A stretch of DNA of 64,000 bases. Origin: Salinivirgaceae bacterium. GTDB taxonomy: Bacteria; Bacteroidota; Bacteroidia; Bacteroidales; SZUA-534. Shown here one piece after another: positions 18,344 to 27,800 of the stretch. The stretch covers positions 18,363 through 82,362 of the forward strand of contig JAEEPS010000002.1 in NCBI GenBank assembly GCA_016284875.1, in the 5' to 3' direction. Within the stretch, counting starts at the first letter, position 1, and every line of letters starts with the position of its first letter. The notes beneath the pieces are model-generated. The model saw nothing but the letters and a program-made list of their open reading frames with translations, did no database searches and was not told the origin of the DNA. Both the position numbers and the translations under genes were made by a program.

Positions 18344-19785
18344 TGGATATGAAAAGATATATAGCACCCCTTCTGATTGCGTTGCTGGCAGTGAACGCCA
18401 CCGCGCAGACATCGTTGTCGCTCTATCACATGGAGGTTATTCCACAATCATCGATGCTGAATCCTGCACGGGCACCGCGTTGCAATGTTTTTGTCAGCAT
18501 GCCATGCGCAAACTTATCGCTCCGCGGCGAGACAAACATAAAACTATCAGAAATGTTTCAAAAGGTGAATGGCCAATGGAACTTCCTCACCGATAATGAT
18601 TTCGACTATTCCGACATCAACCGCCGCATTAAAAAAGGCACACGAATCAACTCGCAAATGAACATCGGGCTAATAAATGTTGGCTGGCGGCAAGCAGAGA
18701 ACTATTGGACTGTCAACTGGAATGCCCGCGTAAGTTCGGGAATATCAGTGCCCAAAGCGTTCATCACCATGCTCGACAAAGGTTTGCCCGACGGCACTCG
18801 CCTCGATTTCAGTTATCTGCGCGCCAACATGATTTCATACCACGAACTGTCGGTGGGCTTCACCCGCGCATTGGACGAGCAACTGTCGTTGGGCGGACGG
18901 CTGAAATATCTGTCGGGCGTTTTTGCGGCAAAGAGCAAATTCAGCAAGTTCGACGTGACCACAAGCCGAAAACAATGGACATTCGACGTTAACGGCGAGG
19001 CCGATCTTTCATTCCCGCTGAAGATGAATCCCGACCAAGACGGAGCCATCGCCATCGACTCCATTGAATGGAAAGATATGAGCGCATTGGAAATCGTCGG
19101 GCGCACACTAATCGGCTTGCACAATCCTGGTGCCGCCATCGACCTTGGCGCCGAATACAAAATCGACGAGAATTTCAAAGTTTCGGCATCTGTCACCGAC
19201 CTTGGATTCATTGTCTGGCACAAAGACGCGACCAAACTTCGCGCAAAAAACAAGTATGCTTATGACGGTTTCGAAGTTGAGTTCAACGATTTCTTCGACG
19301 GCATCAACCTGTCCGACAGAGTTAGTGATATTGTTGATTCTGTGAAAAATGCGTTCCAATCGCACACAACCGACCAGATTTTCGTAACAGGCGTGCACCC
19401 CAACATCTACATTGGCGGCGAATACACTCCGTTTCGGTTCATGAGCGTCGGTGCTGTGTCGCGGACAACCTTCTGGGGAAATGGCGTCACGCAGAATTTC
19501 AATTTCTCACTCAACATGAAGCCCTACTCGTTCGTTTCGGTGATGAGCAGTTATAATATCGATATAAAAGGCTGTATAACAACCGATTTCGGATTCTCAA
19601 TCAATATGGGACCGCTACAATACTATATGATGATTGATGGCATTCCGTTGGCTCAAAGACGGCTCACGTTTGAAGGCGACAGGATTACGATTCCCTACAA
19701 TTTATGCGATTTGAGCGTCAGCACCGGCTTTAATATTATTATAGGTGCAAAAGGCCCGAAACCGAATTTTAATTCAAAATATTGA
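18343..19785 (+). CDS. Outer-membrane beta-barrel protein, PorP/SprF-like (DUF5723-like)
   Basis: Signal peptide ending NATAQ. It is followed by LYHMEVIPQSSMLNPA, which resembles the N-terminal ...YM.N....NPA motif of PorP/SprF-type proteins. Alternating beta-strand pattern runs to the C-terminus. The family call is tentative. Confidence 0.5.
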   Translation: MDMKRYIAPLLIALLAVNATAQTSLSLYHMEVIPQSSMLNPARAPRCNVFVSMPCANLSLRGETNIKLSEMFQKVNGQWNFLTDNDFDYSDINRRIKKGTRINSQMNIGLINVGWRQAENYWTVNWNARVSSGISVPKAFITMLDKGLPDGTRLDFSYLRANMISYHELSVGFTRALDEQLSLGGRLKYLSGVFAAKSKFSKFDVTTSRKQWTFDVNGEADLSFPLKMNPDQDGAIAIDSIEWKDMSALEIVGRTLIGLHNPGAAIDLGAEYKIDENFKVSASVTDLGFIVWHKDATKLRAKNKYAYDGFEVEFNDFFDGINLSDRVSDIVDSVKNAFQSHTTDQIFVTGVHPNIYIGGEYTPFRFMSVGAVSRTTFWGNGVTQNFNFSLNMKPYSFVSVMSSYNIDIKGCITTDFGFSINMGPLQYYMMIDGIPLAQRRLTFEGDRITIPYNLCDLSVSTGFNIIIGAKGPKPNFNSKY

Positions 19786-19821
19786 TAAGCAAAGTTTTAA
19801 CACCATGTTCGGATAATAAAC

Positions 19822-19851
19822 AAGCCCCGATTCAATTTTGAGTCGGGGCTT
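19822..19851. terminator. Bidirectional hairpin terminator between convergent genes
   Basis: AAGCCCCGA-12 nt-TCGGGGCTT is a perfect 9-bp stem with T/A-rich flanks on both sides. Confidence 0.6.
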
Positions 19852-19920
19852 GCCGTTTTATCCAATCATCAATTTATTGATTTCTAAATCTTTAATTCAG
19901 TTAATCAGTTATTCAATCCT

Positions 19921-22533
19921 TCAGTTCTTACTAAGTATGTCTTTAAGCGCCGAGCCGAAAATGATGTACTGCGTATTTCCTGCAATGGTGCCTTCGTTCT
20001 GTCCCCAAAGGAATGGCCAATCGTCGTAGTTCTCGAAGTGGTCGGGGCGGCGGAAAAGCAAGCCTGGAGCCACATTGCCAGGAATAGCAGAGAAGTCGGC
20101 GCGGTTGTTGCCGTAGAAGACGGCTTTCGGGCGGGTGGCGCCCACAACGGCCACAAACGAATAGTTGTGGTACGGGTGGCAACCGTAGAGCCAGTTGGCC
20201 GTGCGGAACACATCGTCGCGCTTAATAATGTCGGGGAAATAGCGGTAAGCAAAGCAAACCGTTGTGCCAAAACTAATTGCAGCATTACCTCCTGCCCAGT
20301 TGCCCAACCCGATTGGAATGCCGTAAGGATTGTCGTTGGCAAGGCTGTCGATGTAGGCGGCATACTTCTCAACGTATGGGCGCAGTTTGTTTTTGTAGTT
20401 GTCGTCCATGTATGGAATGGCGTCGAGAGCGGTCTGCAAGGTGTAGGTTACACCGAAGTCGAGGGCAGGCCAAATCTGCTTCTCAAAGTTGTCGCGATAC
20501 TGCTGCTCGCCAGTTGCGGCGTAGAGTTGCAGATTAGTGCCAAGGTCGCTGCGATTGTTGCGGGGGCGCGGTTGCTGACGGCGGCGGTTGCTGTTCGGTT
20601 GGTTAACATTGCCATCGCCTGCACCTGTCAGCCAGTCGGCATCAGCCTGTGCCTGTGCGTCGGGGCGCGGACCATTGCGCTGGCTCATCAGTTCGGTTGC
20701 CTCCTGCATCAGCCTTTTCGACTGTGTGAGAGCACGTTGCGCAAGGTCGTCGTTGTAACCCTTCAGAGCGCGGCTTGCGGCGGCAAACATGGTTGCGGCC
20801 TGGAAATCGAGTTGCGGATTACGGGTTGTGAAGGCCCACATATCGTCGGGAGTGCCGCTGCTCTTGCCGTCGGCCGACACCTCGTAAGGCTTCAGCGACG
20901 GGTCGTAATGCAAACCGTCGGTAATGCTGGCCGCATCGCCAAGATGGTGATAATTGTCAAGCACAGAATTAGACAGTGTTGAGGCCATGTGACCAATCTG
21001 TTCGGCCTGCGCCACAAGATTCAGCACGCCATGCTCAATAAACTGAAGCACATCGGGGATGCCGTCGGGGCGGTGAAGGTCAACATAACGCTGCTCCTGA
21101 CTGACGAAGGTCTCGTCGCGCTGCGGTTTGAAAAGTTCCCACGTGCGTATGAAATTCTGCACAACGTTGATGTTTGAGCCAGTCTCGATGTCGAAGTCGC
21201 CCGCATCAAAGAATCCGCCAACATTCAGCCCAGGAATCAACTCAAGAGGTTTGTACTTGGTGTCGGTTGTGGGGCCTTGGCGGTGAAGGTCGAAGTGGTC
21301 GCTGGGCGGAGCCTGCAGATAGCCCTCGCGGAATGGCTCGCCGTGCCATGTGCGGTAGCCCTCGGTAACATACATGTGGTTCATGTGAATAGGCACCCAA
21401 ACATCGGTTGTGGCGTCGGTGATGCGGTCGTAAACGTGGCTGTCAATCAGGAAATCGTTGGTGCGAACGTCACCATATTTAATATAGTAAACTCCTGGCT
21501 CGGTCACTTTCGTGAAATCGAACTTGACATAATTGTACTTGAAATATTCGCCCCACGGCTTGATGTCGGCAGTGAAAGCCTCCGTGGTTGTGCCATCGTT
21601 GTTGATGCGCATGAGCGATGCCTTCGACAGCGGCTTGTCGGCCTTATCGAGTTCAATCACAGCCACTTTGGGTTGGTCAGGAATGTAGCCAACCTGCGAG
21701 AAACCAATGTTTGGCTGGCGAATCCAACCTGCAATGGCGTTCGGCTCCACAGTCCAGGTCACAACCTTGCCCGTCTTGTTTTTCGGCAAGGCGCTGTGCA
21801 GCACAAACCATCCGTTTTGCGCAATCATGCGGCCGTCGTAGAGTTCCAGTTCGGCATCGCTGCTGCTGATGGCTATCATGCGCTCAGGGTCGTCGGTGGC
21901 CATTATAATCTTGTGGCCCTTCTCCATTGGCAGCGGGTCGATGAAACGGTCGGTGCCGCGGTCGTCGTAAGTCTTGAAACCTTTGAACTGGCGAGGTTTC
22001 TCGCTGTTGGGCCGTGTCACGGTCTGGCTGGTGGCATATCGAGGAAAGCGGTTGAGCCGTCCGTCCATGACGAATGTTTTCAGCCAGTACTGCGACGGCA
22101 GAAACTCAAGATTGAAACCAGCGTCGGTAAGAGCCTCGGGAACGGGTTTGTCGAGCCATACAGCAATCTCAACGGCTTTGCCCTTGGCTGTCACCACCAC
22201 GCGGCTGTCGAAATCGTAGTCGTCGTAGCGCATTGCCACCTCAATGGTTCCTTTGGCGCGGTCAACCTTGCGGTTGGTCATTTTCGGCACCAAATCCCAC
22301 TGCTCGGGCGTTTTGTTCAGACGGACAGCGCCGCCCTGAATTGTCCGCACTCCGTGATGGATAATCTCAATGCCCGAATTCTTCTCATCGTTGAACCCTC
22401 CGTTGAAACTATTGCTGAAAACCAGCACGTTGACACCTTGCCGCTCAAAATATTCGCGGTCGTTCAGTTGCAAATCCTGCGCATAGCCTGCCGTGGCGGC
22501 CAACAGAATCGCAATTGCAATCATCTTCCTCAT
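19921..22533 (-). CDS. Glycoside hydrolase family 9 enzyme with N-terminal Ig-like (CelD_N) domain
   Basis: 870 aa with a signal peptide. The Ig-like domain motif is GFSQVGYIPDQPKVAVIE. GH9-like segments are VGGFFDAGDFDIETG and a C-terminal GQNEGTIAGNTQY. Confidence 0.7.
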   Translation of the reverse strand: MRKMIAIAILLAATAGYAQDLQLNDREYFERQGVNVLVFSNSFNGGFNDEKNSGIEIIHHGVRTIQGGAVRLNKTPEQWDLVPKMTNRKVDRAKGTIEVAMRYDDYDFDSRVVVTAKGKAVEIAVWLDKPVPEALTDAGFNLEFLPSQYWLKTFVMDGRLNRFPRYATSQTVTRPNSEKPRQFKGFKTYDDRGTDRFIDPLPMEKGHKIIMATDDPERMIAISSSDAELELYDGRMIAQNGWFVLHSALPKNKTGKVVTWTVEPNAIAGWIRQPNIGFSQVGYIPDQPKVAVIELDKADKPLSKASLMRINNDGTTTEAFTADIKPWGEYFKYNYVKFDFTKVTEPGVYYIKYGDVRTNDFLIDSHVYDRITDATTDVWVPIHMNHMYVTEGYRTWHGEPFREGYLQAPPSDHFDLHRQGPTTDTKYKPLELIPGLNVGGFFDAGDFDIETGSNINVVQNFIRTWELFKPQRDETFVSQEQRYVDLHRPDGIPDVLQFIEHGVLNLVAQAEQIGHMASTLSNSVLDNYHHLGDAASITDGLHYDPSLKPYEVSADGKSSGTPDDMWAFTTRNPQLDFQAATMFAAASRALKGYNDDLAQRALTQSKRLMQEATELMSQRNGPRPDAQAQADADWLTGAGDGNVNQPNSNRRRQQPRPRNNRSDLGTNLQLYAATGEQQYRDNFEKQIWPALDFGVTYTLQTALDAIPYMDDNYKNKLRPYVEKYAAYIDSLANDNPYGIPIGLGNWAGGNAAISFGTTVCFAYRYFPDIIKRDDVFRTANWLYGCHPYHNYSFVAVVGATRPKAVFYGNNRADFSAIPGNVAPGLLFRRPDHFENYDDWPFLWGQNEGTIAGNTQYIIFGSALKDILSKN

Positions 22534-22894
22534 AATCTGATAATTTATAGTTTAAAAAATTGTTTTTTCCCAAAAATGGCCGACATCAAACATCGGATGC
22601 CCGAAATAGTCCGATTCCCCAAAAGCCATTCAAATTCGAGCAAAAAGATAGATGTAATTTTCTGATACACACCATTAAACATCGGCAAAATCGACAACGG
22701 AAAGGTTTTATCGGATTAAAATGCCGAATTGTCGGACAGCCAACGGGCTAATTTGTGGTCACAATTATCCACGATTAATCTATAAATTATGGCGATTCAT
22801 CAGACGCATGCAACATAACATGTTGATTACATAATATATATCATCAATTCTTTTCAGCATAAATACTTATAGCCCGCATAATATCTATTCAAAA

Positions 22895-22921
22895 TTTGCG
22901 TATATTTGCATGGTATATTTG
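22895..22921 (+). promoter_or_regulatory. Candidate Bacteroidetes promoter (TTTG then two overlapping-register TAtaTTTG boxes)
   Basis: TTTG at 22895-22898; TATATTTG at 22901-22908 and 22914-22921. The ATG at 23050 lies about 130 nt downstream. Confidence 0.35.
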
Positions 22922-23049
22922 TAACAAAACCTAATTATGTTGCAACTTATTGAGAATGATATAAACTGTAACCGCACTGACGGATTCCTTTGCGGAAGCG
23001 GATTTTTTAACCAAAACTAATTTGTTAGAATCCATAAAATCAATAATCT

Positions 23050-24555
23050 ATGAAAAGTATTTTAAAAACCACAGGCATTATGATGCTTGGCGCAGCAGTA
23101 TTGTTTACGGGCTGCAAAAAAGACAAAGACGAGAAGTTTAGCGTGACCGCAACGGCCAACAACCCTGAATGGGGCGTTGTTGTGGGCGGTGGCGAGTTTG
23201 ACGAAGGAACCGAAATTGTTCTTGCCGCAACGGCGAACGAAGGTTACCACTTTGTGAAATGGAGCAACGAACTTACCGACAATCCGCTCAAACTGGTTGT
23301 TACCCAAAACGAGTCGCTGATTGCCTATTTTGCCGAAGGCAATGGCGGAAACCCTGGCGGTGGCGGCACAAGCGACCCGCAGTCAATCACCCTGAGCGGA
23401 ACCATCGACGCGAACACCACGTGGAAAGACCTTGGCCTGCCTGTGGATTACATTGTTGACGGAACAATCTATCTCGAGGGCAATGCACTTGTAACCGTTG
23501 AGCCAGGCGTGACCATCATGTTCACTGGTACAAACGGGGGTATCTACGTTGGCGAAAATGCAGGCTTGAAGATGGCTGGAACTGCAGAAAAACCAATCGT
23601 TTTCACTGGTCCGACAAACAACCAAAATGTTGGTGCGTGGGATTATATCTCAATCACCTCCAACCGTTCTGAAAACATCTGGGAAAATGTGACATTCAAG
23701 AATGGTGGCTCAAACTCAGATGGTGCCGTTGTATGGATTGAAAACGAAGCAAAGGTTTCGATGAAAAACTGCATCATCGACGGTTCGCTTGCTAATGGCA
23801 TAATAGTTAAAGGCAATTCTGTTTTCGCCGCTTTTGAAGGCAACACCATCACCAATTGCGCCAAAAATCCTATTTCTATCGACAGTTGGAAATCGGTGCT
23901 CACCCTAAATGCAAACAACATTTTTGCCAACAACGGCAACAATACAATTGCAATTACCGATGGTGCTTGGTCATTTGAAAATAATGATAAAAACACCCTC
24001 AAAAAAATGCCCGTGCCATATTATTTGAAAGAAACCCTTCGTTTGGGTGGTTCGCAAACATTCACCATTGAGGCTGGCACAGTAATTAAAATGGCATCTA
24101 GTATTGGTATCGAAATAGGAGAAGATGTAACCTTTATTGCCGAAGGAACTGCAACCGAACCAATCGAGATTAGCGGTTTTGAAAACGAAAAATCATATTG
24201 GGAATCAGTATGGTATGAATCAAAAAAATCTAACTCATCAATAAAATACGTCAATTTCAAAAACGCAGGCAAGGGCGACGAGAATGCCGCAATCCTGGAA
24301 TTTTACAATGGCACGAAACTGACTATGGAAAACTGCTCATTCAGCGAGACTGAAGGGTTCGGAATTAAGATTGGAGACGCCACATCAATGAAGAACGTTA
24401 GCATTACGGGCGACACCTACTCGAACTGCGACGGCGGAAATGTGAAAGTGATAGATGCGTTTGAAAAAGAAGATGAAAATGGTGAATGGCAAACCATTAT
24501 CAGCGAAGGCCAGACATTCGACAACTTTGCAGCAGTTAAGGCACTTGTAGAATAA
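23050..24555 (+). CDS. Lipoprotein with one divergent InlB-B-repeat domain and a right-handed parallel beta-helix region
   Basis: Lipobox LFTGC. The B-repeat reads FSVTATANNPEWGVVVGGGEFDEGTEIVLAATANEGYHFVKWSN...LIAYF. It is followed by G/N-rich repeats typical of beta-helix proteins (NGIIVKGNS, ITNCAKNPISI, IKIGDATSM). Confidence 0.65.
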   Translation: MKSILKTTGIMMLGAAVLFTGCKKDKDEKFSVTATANNPEWGVVVGGGEFDEGTEIVLAATANEGYHFVKWSNELTDNPLKLVVTQNESLIAYFAEGNGGNPGGGGTSDPQSITLSGTIDANTTWKDLGLPVDYIVDGTIYLEGNALVTVEPGVTIMFTGTNGGIYVGENAGLKMAGTAEKPIVFTGPTNNQNVGAWDYISITSNRSENIWENVTFKNGGSNSDGAVVWIENEAKVSMKNCIIDGSLANGIIVKGNSVFAAFEGNTITNCAKNPISIDSWKSVLTLNANNIFANNGNNTIAITDGAWSFENNDKNTLKKMPVPYYLKETLRLGGSQTFTIEAGTVIKMASSIGIEIGEDVTFIAEGTATEPIEISGFENEKSYWESVWYESKKSNSSIKYVNFKNAGKGDENAAILEFYNGTKLTMENCSFSETEGFGIKIGDATSMKNVSITGDTYSNCDGGNVKVIDAFEKEDENGEWQTIISEGQTFDNFAAVKALVE

Positions 24556-24579
24556 AACATCTGCCAGACAAATAAATAA

Positions 24580-24605
24580 AGCCGGGGTGTTCTCCGGCTT
24601 TTTTT
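24580..24605 (+). terminator. Rho-independent terminator
   Basis: GCCGGGG-tgtt-CTCCGGC forms a 7-bp stem with one G-U pair, followed by TTTTTTT. Confidence 0.7.
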
Positions 24606-24879
24606 GTGCCTGTTCACGCCGAACAAACTAACAATGAGACTCTTCTACCCCACCATTCATGGCTTTTTGTCCTAATTTTGGTATATTCTTCAAAAAAAAA
24701 TCCACTTTTTGACCCTTAAAAAAGTGCTTTTGACCCAATAGGATTTAAAGTTTATCAATATTCGCCGCAAAAGGCCAAACCGACAATGGTTTAAATGCTT
24801 TTTTATCAGCATATTTGCCAATCTAACAACAAGGGGGAAATCCTTCCTTTTTATATGGTAACAAGAAAAAACTAACAAC

Positions 24880-27800
24880 ATGAGGAAACATTTGTTATTG
24901 ACGTGTGCGCTTGTGGCTTCGCTGACGAGTGCGTTTGGTGAGACAGTTAAATTTACCCATTCTTATTTGGATGAAGAAAACAACATCAAGAGAGTCTACC
25001 TTGAGTTGAACACTTCAAACCATGAAGCAACCGTGGTAAGTGGCGATTGGGAGTACACTGGCAAAATCATCATTCCAGACGCTGTGGAGTATCCTGAAGG
25101 AAGCGGCACCATGTACAAAGTCACAACTATTGGTAAGGGTGGTGACGCCACGCAAGCCAATTCTCCTTTTTACTATTGCTATGATTTGGATGAGGTCGTA
25201 TTTGGCGCAAATGTAAAAACCATCAAAAAAAACGCATTTTACCGTTGCGGAACTGAAAGCCGTCCGGTAAAGTTGAATTTGGATTCCGAAGGTCTTGTAA
25301 CAATTGAGACAAGCGCCATAAACCAAGTTGCTTTACGAGCAAACTATGGAGACAACACCATCTTGTTAGGCAAAAACATTACACAATTTGGCCCTGCAGG
25401 CGCAACAAGTACCGATAACTGGAATCCATGGGGCGACCTAATTAACATCACTGCCTTTAAAGTGGCCGATGGCAATACTGCATTTAGTACCGATGCTAAT
25501 GGTGTTTTGTACAATTCTGACAAAACCACTCTTATCTCATTCCCAAAATACAAAAATCAGAACACATTCGAAATACCCACAACAGTAACAACTGTAAGAA
25601 GTTACGCTTTTTACAAGATGAAATATCTTAGAACTGTTACTGGTGGTGACAATGTGGTACGATTGGGCAGCGTGATAAGCGGTTTAACATCACTTCGGAT
25701 GGGGGCAAAACTTACCACAATGAGTCCATCGGCATTCATGTACTGCGGTGAGAGTTTTGTACCTGTTATTGACGCTAGTAATACCACATTCAAACTGATT
25801 GACAATGTATTGTTCAAATTCGAAACCGACAAAGTTACATTGTGTTGGTTCTTAAGAGGAAATCAAACCGAAAATTATGTTATGCCTTCATTTGTAACCG
25901 ATATTCCTTACGGAGCCTTTTATCCGAATAAATATATTAAAACAATAGATTTCTCGCAGGCCACAAAATTGACACCAGATAAAATTGACAAAGATGCCTT
26001 TATAGGCACTGTTAATTCCATTGAATTTACAGGAGCAGAAAATTTTTACCACAATGTTGACGGAGTATGGTATAACTACGACTATACCCGATTGGAGATA
26101 TTCGGCTCAGATGCCACAGTTGAAAACTTTGTGATGAACGATGCAACCACAACACTCCCGCGTGCAGCAGTTAAGAAAAACGATAAGGTAAAAACCATTA
26201 AATTCAATAGTAAACTATCCTCGTTTGACTCGCAAGATTTTTACAAATGGGAGAATCTTGAAAAGTACTATGTTAAAGAAGGCAATTCAAAATTATGGGC
26301 TGATGCCGATGGTGTTTTATATAACAGCGCAAAGACAAAGGTTGTCGCCTATCCGCGTGGCAACACACGGGCATTTTACAAAGTTATTGATGGTACCACA
26401 AATATCGGAACCTATGCTTTTTACTATAATAAAAATCTGATGGCTCTGGATTTGGGCGACGACATCAAATCGGTTGTTGAGTCGAACTGCAACAATTTGG
26501 CTGGAATGCAACAATTGAAGGCCATAAAAGTGGGAACCATGGTACCACCTACAGTAACAACATCGACATTTACAAACTCACAACTTACAGGCGGAAACAT
26601 TGTGCTGTATATTCCGAAAGATGAAGGTGCATATGAGATTTATAAAAACGCATCCATCTGGAACCGTTTTACAATTATCCGCGATGTAAGCAAGTTTGAT
26701 GAGGAAATTCGCCAAATTCCTATTAATTATTCAGTCAAACATTATGTGCAAAATACTGATGACGACGATTATACATTAGTTGAAACAAATAACGCCACTG
26801 GCACATTGCTCGGCACATCAAACGCAACAGCCAAAACCGACGGGGACTATGCATACCTCGAACCACAATCATTCGAGCAGATAACGCTGAATAACAACGG
26901 AATGGCGGTTGAAATCAGATATCATCGCAAACCATTCACAATCACATGGAAGAACGGAGAAACAACACTTTTTACAAAAACTTACCGCTACGGTGCAAGT
27001 TTCCTTCAGGATAAACCTGATGATCCAGCAGCCGTTGCCGGCAAGCATTTTGTGGGTTGGAATACCGATGCCAATGCCACAGGAGCAACGACATTCAACG
27101 GCAGCGAGGTTGTGAGAGGCAACACCACCTATTATGCCATTTTTGCCGACAATGCAAACACCTCATACGTTGTCAAACATTATCAGGAAAACGCTGATGA
27201 CAACGGATACACACTTGTCGATACCGATAATGATTTGTCGGCACCGTTTGGCTCTTCAACCCATGCCGAGGCGAGATCGTACAATGGATTCAATGCTCCA
27301 GAATCAATTGCACAATTACCAATTGCCCAAGATGGTTCAACAGTTATCGAAATCCGCTACACCCGAATCGAATATCCTGTAACGTGGATTAATGGATCAA
27401 CAACATTGAGCAAGAGTGGCTATTACAAATATGGAAGCACATTAGATGTTCCTGACGACCCAGAGGCCGCACAAGGACAACGTTTTGTTGGATGGAATGA
27501 AAACTCCGAAGCACAATCCTCTGAACTTGGCCAAACGGTTCCTCTCGGTGGTGTCACTTACTATGCAATTTTCACCGCAACTGGTAATATGGATTACACC
27601 ATTAAGCACTATCAGCAAGATCTTGACGAGGTGCATTACACACTAGTTGCAACCGGAACGGGAACGGGTCAAATAGATTTTACGACAACCGCCCAACCCA
27701 ATAGTTATCCTGGTTTTACCCATCAACCCATTACACAGCAAACAATCACAGATGCTGGTGCAACAGTCGAGATCCGCTACAACCGCAACCGATACAATGT

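Noticed and set aside
21277-22665. 462-aa plus-strand ORF over the GH9 gene
   Set aside because: It is antisense to a gene with a signal peptide, a CelD_N-like motif and GH9-like motifs.
22534-23049. The 516-nt spacer upstream of the beta-helix lipoprotein gene, considered as a possible riboswitch or small-RNA locus
   Set aside because: I could not recognise any known riboswitch core. Only weak 4-6-bp hairpins are present (for example CAACAT aac ATGTTG, and GCGGAAGCGG followed by a T-run). I left it as a candidate promoter only.
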